Source: Patescibacteria group bacterium (lineage in GTDB: Bacteria; Patescibacteriota; UBA1384; XYA2-FULL-43-10). From it: 32,000 nucleotides of DNA. The stretch covers positions 1 to 32,000 of the forward strand of contig JBAYVT010000003.1 of assembly GCA_041674405.1 (NCBI GenBank), read 5' to 3'. Shown piece by piece: positions 15,450-25,697 of this stretch (positions within the stretch are counted from its first letter, which is position 1; every line of letters starts with the position of its first letter). The notes below the pieces were generated by a model that saw only the letters and a list, made by a program, of their open reading frames with translations, did not search any database and was not told where the DNA came from. The position numbers and the translations under genes are program-made.

Positions 15450-16784
15450 TTATTCTGAAAATGTCAATTCCTCTCTGTATCCATTTTTAAAATCATCATA
15501 ACTCATTTCATTCTTACCGGCCGGTTTGACACGATCGATAACTAAATGCTTTTCTTTATCCAGATGGGCAGCCGTTATCTGAATTCTTTTACCCTTAATA
15601 TCAGTATATACTCCTGGCCAAGGATAAAATGCTCGAATCATACGATCAACCTCAACCCCACTGGTTTCCGGTACCACTTCCCCGTCTAATTTTTTAAGAA
15701 TTTTGGTGTAAGTCGCTTTTTTTTCGTGCTGAATCACTGGTTTTATGTCACCAGTTATATAATATGGCAAGGCTGTTAATAAAAGTGAAGCACCCAGCTC
15801 AGAAAGATAATCGTGCAATATCTGATAATTTTCACTTCCCGAAAGCTTAATGCTCGTCTGGGCAATAATCGGGCCGCTATCTACGCCTTCATCAATTTTA
15901 ATTATCGATACCCCAATTTTGTGGTCACCATTCAAAATTGCGCTTTGGATCGGAGTTGTCCCTCTGTATTTCGGAAGTAATGAAGGATGAATGTTGAGTG
16001 TTTTGTACTTGGGAATTGTAAATATTTTTTTTGGGATAATAAAGCCAAAATCTGTCACGACACCCAAATCCGGCTTAAGTGATTTTATCTGTTTGAAAGC
16101 CTTGTCGTCTTTGAGTGTTTTGACCTCAATTACAGGGATTTTTAATTTATTTGCAAGTAGTTTTATATTGTTCGCATCAACTTTTTTACCTCGTGCTAGT
16201 TTTTCCGAGCTACCCGTTATCACAGCCTTGACTTTGTATTGTGGATCGCGATGCAAACTTTCGAGAGTATGGAGACCAAAATTTCCAGTTCCAAAAAATA
16301 CCACCGATACTTCCTTAATATGATCGACAAATAGTGTTGAATTTAAGTGATCAATTTCATGCTGTATAACTCTGCCCTGGATGTTATCAGCGCTAATCTC
16401 AATCGGTTTTCCATATCTATCCTGCCCAGTGACAGTAATTTTCTGAGGTCTCTTTATGACCAGTTCCATGCCCGGAAAAGAGAGGCACCCCTCCACCATT
16501 TTACATTGTTCGCTTGAAGCTTTTTTAATTTTGGGATTGCACAAAATTGTTAATGGAAATTTTTTGTAACCTTCTTCTTCGTCTTCTTCATCTGTTTGAT
16601 ATTCACAAACCAAAATTTTTTTTGAATGTCCAACCTGTGGAGCAGCCAGGCCAATTCCATTGTGTTCTCGCATCGTATCCACCATATTGTCAATCAATGT
16701 CTGCAATTCCATATCAAAAGACTCAACCTTTTCAGTGGCCTCTCGTAATACCGGTTCTCCGTCTTTAAATACTTTTAACTTCAT
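15450..16784 (-). CDS. Fused peptide deformylase - methionyl-tRNA formyltransferase
   Basis: Def motifs NGIGLAAPQVG, EGCLSFPG, QHEIDHLNSTLF run directly into Fmt motifs VVFFGTGNFGLHTL, DLGVVTDFGFIIPK, LNIHPSLLPKYRGTTPIQSAILNGD, AFYPWPG in one frame. Confidence 0.95.
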   Translation of the reverse strand: MKLKVFKDGEPVLREATEKVESFDMELQTLIDNMVDTMREHNGIGLAAPQVGHSKKILVCEYQTDEEDEEEGYKKFPLTILCNPKIKKASSEQCKMVEGCLSFPGMELVIKRPQKITVTGQDRYGKPIEISADNIQGRVIQHEIDHLNSTLFVDHIKEVSVVFFGTGNFGLHTLESLHRDPQYKVKAVITGSSEKLARGKKVDANNIKLLANKLKIPVIEVKTLKDDKAFKQIKSLKPDLGVVTDFGFIIPKKIFTIPKYKTLNIHPSLLPKYRGTTPIQSAILNGDHKIGVSIIKIDEGVDSGPIIAQTSIKLSGSENYQILHDYLSELGASLLLTALPYYITGDIKPVIQHEKKATYTKILKKLDGEVVPETSGVEVDRMIRAFYPWPGVYTDIKGKRIQITAAHLDKEKHLVIDRVKPAGKNEMSYDDFKNGYREELTFSE

Positions 16785-17938
16785 CTATTAAATCCTTTCG
16801 GATGGCTTGTGTGCCAATTCCAAGCAGTCTTCGCCATATCGGCTAGAGAATATTTTGCTTTCCATTCAAACATTTTTTCAGCTTTGTTGCTATTTGCGAC
16901 CGAAACTGCCGGATCACCGCTTCGCCGACCAACAAAGCTGTATGCAACTTTTTTGCCCGATGCTTGATTAACAGCAGCAATTACTTCAAGAACAGTCGAG
17001 CCTTTACTAGTTCCCAAATTGAATGTGTCAGAAACAGAAGTTTTGAGCAAATAATTCAATGCTGACACATGCCCAGCTGCTATATCGGAAACATGGATAT
17101 AATCTCGAATGCCAGTTCCATCAGGCGTCTTATAGTCGTTACCGAAAACCTTTAACTCGGGTATTTTTCCAAGAAGATGTAAAATACAAACCACCATGAG
17201 TGTTGTCGGGTTGGCCTTGTCTTCACCAATCTCACCTTCCGGATCAGCGCCGCAAACGTTGAAATAACGCAATACAATTGATTTAATACCAGATATTTTA
17301 TCATACTTTTTAAGAAGAACTTCGTCAAGCATTTTAGATAAGCCATAGATTGAAAGTGGGATTCTCAATGCAGCCAACTCCTCATCGGAAAGAGCAATTT
17401 CTGGCCGGTTAGCGTATATACTATTATATGCGGCAATAAATTTTTGGAAGAATTCTTCACCCTCAACATCAGCCCCTTCCCACTTACCGGCAAGAAGGTA
17501 TGATTTTTCCGGTTTAAACCGTTCAGTGTAATCCTCAACAAAAGGAATTTCTTTCTCATCCTCCGGATTGCCATATGTGGATGCAGTCGAGGATTTGATA
17601 ATATATTTACACCCAACTTCAGACATTACATCGAGCAAATTGACAAAATTTTCGACGTTATTTTTAAGATATTTTTCCGGTTTCTCCATTGATTCGCCGA
17701 CAGCGAGATAAGCTGCAAAATCTATAACTGCATCAGGTTTGTGCTTTTTGAAAATCTGTCTTACTTTTTCTTTATCGGCAAGATCACAAAGTTCAAATTC
17801 CGCTCGTGACTCAATCGATTCTTTGTGTCCAGTCTCTAGGCTGTCGAGTACAACCACATCAAATCCGGCATTCTTGAGTTCTTTAACAGTGTGACTCCCA
17901 ATATATCCGGCACCACCGGTGACTAAAATCTTTAGCAT
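16781..17938 (-). CDS. galE: UDP-glucose 4-epimerase-like SDR with an internal insertion
   Basis: ILVTGGAGYIGSHTVKEL, AAYLAVGESMEKP, SSTASTYG, IYGLSKMLDEVLL, LRYFNVCGADP, TGIRDYIHVSDIAAGH. Confidence 0.88.
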   Translation of the reverse strand: MLKILVTGGAGYIGSHTVKELKNAGFDVVVLDSLETGHKESIESRAEFELCDLADKEKVRQIFKKHKPDAVIDFAAYLAVGESMEKPEKYLKNNVENFVNLLDVMSEVGCKYIIKSSTASTYGNPEDEKEIPFVEDYTERFKPEKSYLLAGKWEGADVEGEEFFQKFIAAYNSIYANRPEIALSDEELAALRIPLSIYGLSKMLDEVLLKKYDKISGIKSIVLRYFNVCGADPEGEIGEDKANPTTLMVVCILHLLGKIPELKVFGNDYKTPDGTGIRDYIHVSDIAAGHVSALNYLLKTSVSDTFNLGTSKGSTVLEVIAAVNQASGKKVAYSFVGRRSGDPAVSVANSNKAEKMFEWKAKYSLADMAKTAWNWHTSHPKGFNR

Positions 17939-18003
17939 TTTATATTCCCGTTAATGATTCTATTTCATTTTAACAAAGTTATTAGGTTTAAATCCAGTTT
18001 ATT

Positions 18004-19947
18004 CTATAGCATATCGATCGGATCTACGTCCCAGATGACGTATGGAAATTTATGATAAATTGCGGCCAATTTTTCACTGGGTAATTTTGATATTTTTATT
18101 ATGGCATGAAGCCGACATCGGTTGTTTAATTTCTGAAAAAAACACATGCCGGGACCGATAAATTCTATGCCAGAAATCTCTAGCTCTTTCGTGATTTTTT
18201 CAATTTCAGATCGGGCTCTTTTTTCATTTCTGTCCTCGGAAACGATTCGAACAATGTGTGAAAATGGAGGATAATTTAGTTTTTTTCGATGATTGATTTC
18301 TTCAGAATAGAATTTTTTATAGTCATGAGTTGCAGCATATTTAATCGCCCTTGACCCGGGCCAATAGGTTTGAATTATCGTCCGGCCGACATTATGGGTT
18401 CGGCCAGAACGGCCGGAAACCTGAGTTATGACTCTAAAAGTCTTTTCACTCGAACGAAATTGCGGAAGATGCAGGCCAACATCAGCGGAAATTATTCCGA
18501 CAAGGTCTATCCCCGGAATATCAAATCCTTTCGAAAGCATCTGGGTTCCGATGACGATATCAATTTTGTGATCTTTCAGATCCCGATAAAGCTTCTTATG
18601 GTCTTTCTTGTTTTTAATTGTCGTTGAATCCACCCGAAAAATTCTGGCCCTGGGAAATAATTTGCATATTTCCGCCTCAATTCTTTCTACTCCTGAACCA
18701 AATGACTTTATCTTCGAGCTTTTACAATTTGGGCACTTAGACGGTGTTGAAATTGAATAATCACAATGATGGCAACGAAGATTTTCGTATTTTCCTGATC
18801 CGTAAGAAATCAGCGGGATATCGCAGTTTGAACAATTTATCACCTCGCCACATTCACGACAGGAGGTAAATGTCGATTGACCGCGCCGGTTTAAAAACAG
18901 GAGAACTTGTTTTTTGTTTGAAAGGGTTTTTGCAATTTCTTTTTGCATCCTTTCTGAAATCGGTGAATAATTACCGGACCGCATTTCAGATTTCAAATCA
19001 ACAACTTCTGCTACCGGCATTATCAATTTTTGATATCGCGATTTAAGCTCAAAAAGATCATATATGCCAGAATCGGCCCTAAAGAATGATTCGACTCTTG
19101 GCGTAGCGCTTCCAAAAACTAAAAGAGCATTGGTTTTTTTTGCCAGAACCTCTGCGACCTCTCCAGTATGGTATCTTGGCGCATGGTCCTGCTTGTAAGC
19201 CTCCTCCTGCTCCTCATCAACAATAATTAAACCGAGGTTTTTTGATGGAACCAAAAGCGCTGATCGTGGCCCGATAATAATTCCTTTTTTGCCTTCGTAA
19301 AAATTTTTATAACAATAATATTTTTCCGAATCCGAAAGTCCTGAGTGCATGAGGCAAATATCGTCACCAAAAACTTCGGAAAATCTTTCAACCGTTTGCG
19401 GGGTTAAGATAATTTCTGGCACTAAAACAATTATTTGTTTGCCTGATTTTCTAGCCTCCTCAGCCAGTTTAATATAAACTTCGGTTTTTCCCGAACCTGT
19501 TACACCATAGAGGAGCGCTGGTTTTTTATTCTTGTCAGCAAATTTTGCTTTCAATGATTCAAATATTTTCTTTTGTTCTTCTGAAAGTGTCTTTGTTTTG
19601 ATATCGCAATTAACGTTTGTTTCTTCCATACGGGGCCGGCTAATCACAGGTGGCATAAATAATGAAATTGACTCACCCAAAGAACAAAGGTAGTAAGATG
19701 AAATCCATTTTGCAAGATCGATATAGTGATTCGGCAATGAAAATTTTTCTTCAACCCTTTCGATGTCTTTGGTTTTATATGCTGGCTTCTCCTTATTCAA
19801 ACCAATCACAACACCGCGAATTTTCTTATCACCAAACGGAATATATACTATTGAGCCAATTTTAATTACAAAATCCTCTGGAATATTATAAGAGTAGAAT
19901 TGTTTTTCTTTTGCAGTTCTAATTTCTGGTACAACTTGAGCAATCAT
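18004..19947 (-). CDS. priA: Primosomal protein N' (PriA helicase)
   Basis: [45 protein letters not shown], zinc motifs CRECG/CSNCD/CHHCD/CPNC, VDVGLHLPQFRSSEKTFRVITQVSGRSGR-like segment. Confidence 0.96.
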   Translation of the reverse strand: MIAQVVPEIRTAKEKQFYSYNIPEDFVIKIGSIVYIPFGDKKIRGVVIGLNKEKPAYKTKDIERVEEKFSLPNHYIDLAKWISSYYLCSLGESISLFMPPVISRPRMEETNVNCDIKTKTLSEEQKKIFESLKAKFADKNKKPALLYGVTGSGKTEVYIKLAEEARKSGKQIIVLVPEIILTPQTVERFSEVFGDDICLMHSGLSDSEKYYCYKNFYEGKKGIIIGPRSALLVPSKNLGLIIVDEEQEEAYKQDHAPRYHTGEVAEVLAKKTNALLVFGSATPRVESFFRADSGIYDLFELKSRYQKLIMPVAEVVDLKSEMRSGNYSPISERMQKEIAKTLSNKKQVLLFLNRRGQSTFTSCRECGEVINCSNCDIPLISYGSGKYENLRCHHCDYSISTPSKCPNCKSSKIKSFGSGVERIEAEICKLFPRARIFRVDSTTIKNKKDHKKLYRDLKDHKIDIVIGTQMLSKGFDIPGIDLVGIISADVGLHLPQFRSSEKTFRVITQVSGRSGRTHNVGRTIIQTYWPGSRAIKYAATHDYKKFYSEEINHRKKLNYPPFSHIVRIVSEDRNEKRARSEIEKITKELEISGIEFIGPGMCFFQKLNNRCRLHAIIKISKLPSEKLAAIYHKFPYVIWDVDPIDML

Positions 19948-20747
19948 TCGGATACCTGAAAGTCTACTACCAGATAACCAACACCAAAAGGATGCTCATA
20001 CGATAAGACCTCTGGTTCAATTTTTTTCTGAGCAATAGCGCCCAGCGCAATTAAAAGCGATCGATAACCACACTCTCCTGCAGCCTCCTGCATATCTTCG
20101 TCTGCATAGATAATTTTTTCCGGATCGAATTTTTGCAGGCTATTTCTAACAAGATTGTCAAATTTTTCCGGAGCACCATCGATCCCGCCAAAATTGTTTT
20201 GATGTTTGTGGGATAAATCGCCGGAAGCAATAATTGCGATGCGCCTCTCATCTTTTTCGCAAATTTTACCGATTATTTCCCCAAACGAATAATGGGCCGC
20301 GCGATCGAGCATCGAATATCCAATCGTTACAATTTCAATTTTTGCTGAATCTTTGGTTAAAAAGTAAAGCGGAACCATAACCCCATGGTCTAAAACATAG
20401 TAACCATCATCGTGATTTTGTGTTTCAGCCGGCACTTTTTCTTTTCTTGCACCATTAAGAATATTATTTGAAAGCTCAATATTGCCGGGAAATGACATCG
20501 AGATTTCTGGGGCATTAAATTCTCCAAAATTACCGGAAAACCTGGGAGCCATTCCAATAGTCATCGCGTATGGATTTAAATTCCCATGAGGTGAAATGAT
20601 TAGAACTGAATCAATATCATTTTCTTCAAACCTTTTTGAGAGCTCTAACATCGCTTCTTCAGTTGGCTTAACTTCTTTTAGACTTTCTTTGCCAATTTCC
20701 GGAATAAGGAGTGGTGGGTGAGGAACAAAAGCAGCGAAAACAATCAT
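19944..20747 (-). CDS. LigB/MEMO-like extradiol-dioxygenase-fold protein
   Basis: FAAFVPHPPLLIPEIG, SVLIISPHGNL, LDHGVMVPLYFL, IIASGDLSHKH. Confidence 0.8.
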   Translation of the reverse strand: MIVFAAFVPHPPLLIPEIGKESLKEVKPTEEAMLELSKRFEENDIDSVLIISPHGNLNPYAMTIGMAPRFSGNFGEFNAPEISMSFPGNIELSNNILNGARKEKVPAETQNHDDGYYVLDHGVMVPLYFLTKDSAKIEIVTIGYSMLDRAAHYSFGEIIGKICEKDERRIAIIASGDLSHKHQNNFGGIDGAPEKFDNLVRNSLQKFDPEKIIYADEDMQEAAGECGYRSLLIALGAIAQKKIEPEVLSYEHPFGVGYLVVDFQVSE

Positions 20748-20822
20748 TTGTCATCCTTTCGGGATTGAATAAAATCCCGATATGTGCTATTATTTGTTGA
20801 TTCAATCATTCATAATAATCAT

Positions 20823-22133
20823 ATGCGCAAAGAAGCCATTATTGCAATAATCGGACGACCAAATGTCGGCAAATCAACGCTTTTCAACCGCCTGATCGGG
20901 AAGAGAAAAGCAATTGAAACGCCTACCCCTGGCACAACAATCGATCGCCTATACGGAGATCTTTCTTGGCAAGGTAATAAGTATATACTGATCGATACTG
21001 CCGGAATTGCGGCAGCAGGAAAAGATGAACTAATAAATGCTGCTCTGATCGGAGTCGATCTTGCTCTCGAAGAAGCTGATTTAATAATATTTGTTGTCGA
21101 TTCGACCACCGGCATAGATCCAAAAGATATTGAAATTGCCCGAAGATTGAGAAAAGCCAAAAAACCTGTGGTTTTGGCAGTGAACAAAGCCGACAATGTC
21201 GAGAGAAGTGAAAAAGCATTGGATTTTCGTCGTCTCGGTTTTCCTGATCTTGTACCAGTTTCAGCAATCTCCGGAAAAGGATCAGGCGACCTACTTGAGA
21301 CAATTTCAGATCTTATTCCCAAAAATGCAAAAAAAACTGAAGGAAATAAAAAATCTGATTTCAGCCTGGCAATTATTGGTCGGCCAAACTGCGGTAAATC
21401 AACACTTCTAAATGCAATTGCCGAATCTCCAAAAATGATTGTTTCCAATATCGCCGGCACAACCCGCGATGCTGAAGAACATATTGTCAATTACAAAAGC
21501 AAGAAAATTAAACTCACAGATACGGCAGGAATCAGAAGGAAGAGTAAAATTCCCTACGATTCAATAGAAAGTTACGCACTCCTACGTTCTCTTCGTGCGG
21601 TCAAAGAAAGCGACGTCGTGGTTTATATGATCGATGCGATAGAAGGAATGGCATCAATAGATCAGAATATCCTGGGTGAGGCCAAAGAGCTTGGCAAATC
21701 GATTGTTGTTGCCGTAAATAAAATTGATCAATGGAAAAACCCCGAAGAAGAGATGGCAAGATTCCTCGGCGCCCTGACAAATTCACTCAATTTTATGCCC
21801 TGGGTGCCGGTAGTTTTTATCTCAGCCAAGGAAGAAACTCATATCAGAGAGATGATGAATCAAGCAATCAAAGCTTTTGAGAGCCGATTTATTGAAGCTG
21901 ATAATGAAACTCTAAAAGAAATTCTAGAAAATGGAAAAGCGACTCATCCCGAGCTTTCATACATAAAGGAACTATATTTCGAGCGAACCAACCCTCCGGT
22001 TTTCAAAGCAAAAATTTGGAAAAAAGAAAAACTTCACTTCTCGCACAAGAGATTTCTTGAAAACCGCATCCGTGATTCTTACGGATACGAAGGCTCGCCA
22101 ATCTTTATTGACTGGATCAAGATCAAAAAATAG
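20823..22133 (+). CDS. der: Ribosome-associated double-GTPase Der (EngA)
   Basis: Two GTPase domains: IIGRPNVGKSTLFNRL...DTAG...NKAD and IIGRPNCGKSTLLNAI...DTAG...NKID; C-terminal KH-like segment. Confidence 0.97.
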   Translation: MRKEAIIAIIGRPNVGKSTLFNRLIGKRKAIETPTPGTTIDRLYGDLSWQGNKYILIDTAGIAAAGKDELINAALIGVDLALEEADLIIFVVDSTTGIDPKDIEIARRLRKAKKPVVLAVNKADNVERSEKALDFRRLGFPDLVPVSAISGKGSGDLLETISDLIPKNAKKTEGNKKSDFSLAIIGRPNCGKSTLLNAIAESPKMIVSNIAGTTRDAEEHIVNYKSKKIKLTDTAGIRRKSKIPYDSIESYALLRSLRAVKESDVVVYMIDAIEGMASIDQNILGEAKELGKSIVVAVNKIDQWKNPEEEMARFLGALTNSLNFMPWVPVVFISAKEETHIREMMNQAIKAFESRFIEADNETLKEILENGKATHPELSYIKELYFERTNPPVFKAKIWKKEKLHFSHKRFLENRIRDSYGYEGSPIFIDWIKIKK

Positions 22134-22134
22134 C

Positions 22135-22767
22135 TTAATTTGCGACGTAAGAGATTCTATGCTCTATCCCAAAACGGTCAAGCGGTTTGATAATGAGCCA
22201 AGCACGACCGATGATATTTGTTTTGGGCAAAACCCCCCATTCACGCGAGTCAGATGAATGTTCTCTGTTGTCGCCCATGACGAAATATTCTTTATCTCTT
22301 AAAGTGATCGAGTAAATTTTTTCTCCGGTTATTGTTTGTGTTCCGGATGGCAAATAAGCCGATTCGTCCAACATAAAGCCGTTTGGATGGTCATTATTAA
22401 TAATTTTAATAGTATTGTTTTCTATTGTAACCGTTTCACCAGGAAGTCCGATAACCCGTTTGATAAAATTGACTGAAGGGTTTTTGGGATATTTAAAAAT
22501 CACTACATCCCCACGATTTGGCTGATATAAGGAATAAGTCAGCTTTTCAGCAAGTAAATACTCTGTATCGATAAAATTTGGCATCATTGAGCTACCCTCA
22601 ACCACAAAAGGCTGGATCAAAAAATACCGAATTGCGAAAGCAATAACAAATACAACAATTCCGGTTTTAAGAAGATCCCATAGAAAATATAAAAAATCCC
22701 TTGCTGGCTGATTTTCTATTGGCATGTTATTTAGCTCTTCACCATTTTGTTCGAATTTCTTTTCCAC
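22135..22767 (-). CDS. lepB: Signal peptidase I
   Basis: VVEGSSMMPNF, GDVVIFKYPKNPSVNFIKRVIGLPGETV, YFVMGDNREHSSDSREWG. Confidence 0.95.
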   Translation of the reverse strand: MEKKFEQNGEELNNMPIENQPARDFLYFLWDLLKTGIVVFVIAFAIRYFLIQPFVVEGSSMMPNFIDTEYLLAEKLTYSLYQPNRGDVVIFKYPKNPSVNFIKRVIGLPGETVTIENNTIKIINNDHPNGFMLDESAYLPSGTQTITGEKIYSITLRDKEYFVMGDNREHSSDSREWGVLPKTNIIGRAWLIIKPLDRFGIEHRISYVAN

Positions 22768-22812
22768 TGATTTCCTTCACACTTAATTCATTCCTAACCA
22801 TTTTATCTTTTA

Positions 22813-22843
22813 TTGACATCATTGGTCAACCTTAATGTATAAT
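22813..22843 (+). promoter_or_regulatory. Possible promoter for lgt
   Basis: TTGACA (22813-22818) and TATAAT (22838-22843); 19-bp spacer is longer than ideal. Confidence 0.4.
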
Positions 22844-22876
22844 GATGGTGGGCGACAAAAATCGTTTTTTTGTTAT

Positions 22877-23620
22877 ATGATAGGAATTTCACTTTTTAAA
22901 ATTGGTTCGGCAACCATTTATACTTACGGGGCATTCCTAGTAATAGGGGTTCTTCTTTCGTGCCTAGCGATGTTTTTCATGGCTCGCTCCTCCGGTAAGC
23001 AAGCTGCATATTTATTGGATTATATAGTATATACGGCATTATTTGGGATTATCGGAGCCAGAATTTCATTTTATATAATATACCATTCACAATTTTCAAG
23101 CTTTGTAGATATCTTCAAAATCTGGCAAGGCGGTTTAATCTCATATGGCGGCTTCATTCTCGGCATTATTGCTTTTATCCTAATCGTAAGAAGTACCAAA
23201 GAAAAAATTCTCCCTTGGCTTGATATTTTGATTGTGTCGGCACTTTTAGGCTTGGCAGTTGGAAGATTTGGATCATTTCTATCCGGTGAGCTAGCAGGAA
23301 TTGCCGCAACAGGATCGTTTGCGATTAATGGCTTATATCCGGTCACTTTATTTGAAGCAATATGGAATCTGATCATTTTTGCATTTTTCTTTATTTTCTT
23401 CATGCTGGGCAACTCAAGAATAAAGAGCGGGGTTATTGCCGCTCAAGCTCTTGCCATGTATTCATTGGGCAGATTTTTTATTGAATTCTATAGGGCTGAG
23501 GATAAGATTTTTATTGGATTATCCATAAGCCAGATAATATTAATTGTAATTTTTGCATTTGCTTGTATCTTATTTATTAAACAAATTAGTTTCAGGAAAA
23601 AAGGAGCCAGGAATGCTTGA
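22877..23620 (+). CDS. lgt: Prolipoprotein diacylglyceryl transferase
   Basis: GAFLVIGVL, GIIGARISFYI, WQGGLISYGGFILG, AVGRFGSFLSGEL, LYPVTLFEAIWN; track ORF opens at 22835, start uncertain. Confidence 0.9.
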   Translation: MIGISLFKIGSATIYTYGAFLVIGVLLSCLAMFFMARSSGKQAAYLLDYIVYTALFGIIGARISFYIIYHSQFSSFVDIFKIWQGGLISYGGFILGIIAFILIVRSTKEKILPWLDILIVSALLGLAVGRFGSFLSGELAGIAATGSFAINGLYPVTLFEAIWNLIIFAFFFIFFMLGNSRIKSGVIAAQALAMYSLGRFFIEFYRAEDKIFIGLSISQIILIVIFAFACILFIKQISFRKKGARNA

Positions 23621-23945
23621 AAAAAACTTTTTGGAGCAACAAAAGAAATCCCTTCTTGCCGAGAAGGAAAGGCTTGAAACAAAAATAAAAGAACTGAACA
23701 AATTTCCGGAATATGGCGAGAGTGAGGATGACAATGCAATGGAAATGGCGGATTTTGAAAGTAATTTATCAATAGAAGAGCAATTAAAATTTTTATTGAA
23801 AAAAATAAATGATGCACTTAAAGCGATTGATGACAGCACTTATGGCACTTGCAAAAGCTGTGGCGAAGCAATAGAAGAGGGCCGGCTTGAGGCAATGCCG
23901 TATGCCGAGCTGTGTGTGAAATGTTACAAAGATTCAAAAAAATAA
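23613..23945 (+). CDS. DksA/TraR-type zinc-finger protein
   Basis: Coiled coil followed by YGTCKSCGEAIEEGRLEAMPYAELCVKCYK; AAGGAG precedes ATG at 23613; overlaps the lgt end. Confidence 0.9.
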   Translation: MLEKNFLEQQKKSLLAEKERLETKIKELNKFPEYGESEDDNAMEMADFESNLSIEEQLKFLLKKINDALKAIDDSTYGTCKSCGEAIEEGRLEAMPYAELCVKCYKDSKK

Positions 23946-24328
23946 TCCCATATCTGATAGTTGCTGTAGAAATAGTCTGCTTTTTCTTGGCAGACTATTT
24001 TGCAATCTGGCATGCAGATTTTTTACTCAATAAGAATTTTATTTTTGGCAGTTTTACCGGATTACTTGTGCTTAATATTGCAATAATTATCTTGATTCTC
24101 TTTGCTTTTATTCTCATTCGTCGGTATCAATTCGGAATTGGCTTAATTCTCGCCGGCAGTATTTCCAACCTACTCGATCGTATATTCTACGGCGGCGTGA
24201 TCGATTATTTCCGCCTGCCATTTCGGTTCCCCGCTTTTAATCTCTCTGACATATCGATCTGCTTCGGGGCATTCTTGATAATTCTGACAATCCTGTTTGG
24301 AAATAAACTTACAAACAAGACTTCTTAG
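23912..24328 (+). CDS. lspA: Signal peptidase II (start uncertain)
   Basis: Four hydrophobic segments, GLILAGSISNLLDRIFYGGVIDYF and FNLSDISICFGAFLI catalytic motifs. Confidence 0.9.
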   Translation: MCEMLQRFKKIIPYLIVAVEIVCFFLADYFAIWHADFLLNKNFIFGSFTGLLVLNIAIIILILFAFILIRRYQFGIGLILAGSISNLLDRIFYGGVIDYFRLPFRFPAFNLSDISICFGAFLIILTILFGNKLTNKTS

Positions 24329-25613
24329 ATTTCAAAAAAGCTTTTGCTCCAATATCAGTACGGAATTGCATTCCCTCAAATTTTATTTGATCAACCGCCT
24401 GGTAAACGCTATCCAGAGCTTGTTTTAGAGTTTTTCCGGTTGCTGTCACACCAAGTACTCTTCCGCCAGAGGTGCATATACCACCATCTTTGATTTTCGT
24501 TCCGGAATGAAATACAACAACATTCGGAATTTTTTCCGCTCCATCAATGCCAACGATCGGAATCTCTTTTGACTTACTAGCCGGGTAACCTTTGGAGGCA
24601 ATTATTATGCAGGCTGCGAAGCCCAATTTCCACTTCACATCCAGATCTTTTAATTTGCCATCGATACAAGCCTCAATAATTTCGATCAAATCAGAGTCGA
24701 GCAGCCGCATGTATGATTGGGTTTCTGGATCGCCAAATCTGGCATTAAACTCGAGAACTTTCGGTCCGTCTTTCGTCAATTTCAACCCGGGATACAAGCA
24801 ACCGGCATATTCAATATTTTTCTTTTTGAGCCCTACTAAAACTGGCTTAATCACTTTGTTTTCTGCCCATTTAAGATAATCCTTTCCTGCCCAAGGCACA
24901 GGAGCATAAGTTCCCATTCCGCCAGTATTCGGACCTATATCGCCATCGAAAATTTGTTTGTGGTCTTGTGAGGTTGGGAAAATAACTGAAGTTTTTCCAT
25001 CGGTTATGCAATGGATAGAAAGTTCCTGGTCCGATCCCAAATATTCTTCGATAACAACCGAATCTCCGGAGGCGCCAAAAGCTTTCTCAACCATTATTTT
25101 TTTAAGAGCAGCTTTTGCCTCTTCTAGACTATTGCAGATTGAAACGCCCTTACCCAAAGCCAAGCCGTTTGCTTTAATAACAATCGGCATATTTTGTAAT
25201 TTAATATAAGACAAAGCTTTCTCAAAATTATTAAAAGTCCTAAATTTAGCGGTGGGAACAGAAGCAGCCTTCATCAAGTTTTTCGAAAAGATTTTTGAAG
25301 ACTCAATCCGCGCGGCTTTTTTGCTAGGGCCAAAGATTCTCAATCCGGCCTTCTGAAATGAGTCGACTATTCCTAGGGCGAGCGGATCGTCGGGACCAAC
25401 AATCGTAAGGCCAATTTGATTACTTTTTGCAAAATTGATCAATGCCTTAAAGTCTGTCGACTTAATATCAATATTTGATGCCAGCTTAGCTGTTCCGCCG
25501 TTTCCGGGTGCGACAAAAATTTTTGCGACTCTGGGGGATTGGGCAATTTTCCAAACCAGTGCATGTTCTCTTCCGCCACCACCGATAACCAATATATTAA
25601 TCTTCTTCTTCAT
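24309..25613 (-). CDS. purD: Phosphoribosylamine--glycine ligase
   Basis: ILVIGGGGREHALVWKI, VVGPDDPLALGI, FVIKANGLALGKGV-type segment, YAGCLYPGLKLTKDGPKVLEFNARFGDPETQ. Confidence 0.97.
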   Translation of the reverse strand: MKKKINILVIGGGGREHALVWKIAQSPRVAKIFVAPGNGGTAKLASNIDIKSTDFKALINFAKSNQIGLTIVGPDDPLALGIVDSFQKAGLRIFGPSKKAARIESSKIFSKNLMKAASVPTAKFRTFNNFEKALSYIKLQNMPIVIKANGLALGKGVSICNSLEEAKAALKKIMVEKAFGASGDSVVIEEYLGSDQELSIHCITDGKTSVIFPTSQDHKQIFDGDIGPNTGGMGTYAPVPWAGKDYLKWAENKVIKPVLVGLKKKNIEYAGCLYPGLKLTKDGPKVLEFNARFGDPETQSYMRLLDSDLIEIIEACIDGKLKDLDVKWKLGFAACIIIASKGYPASKSKEIPIVGIDGAEKIPNVVVFHSGTKIKDGGICTSGGRVLGVTATGKTLKQALDSVYQAVDQIKFEGMQFRTDIGAKAFLKSKKSCL

Positions 25614-25643
25614 AACTCTATTATAGTGGTAAATTTGAGAATC

Positions 25644-25676
25644 AAAAAACCGCCTCATAGATCTCGGCGGTTTTTT
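25644..25676. terminator. Bidirectional intrinsic terminator after rplT
   Basis: AAAAAACCGCC-TCATAGATCTC-GGCGGTTTTTT. Confidence 0.85.
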
Positions 25677-25697
25677 GCAAATATCTGAAATTGGTTC

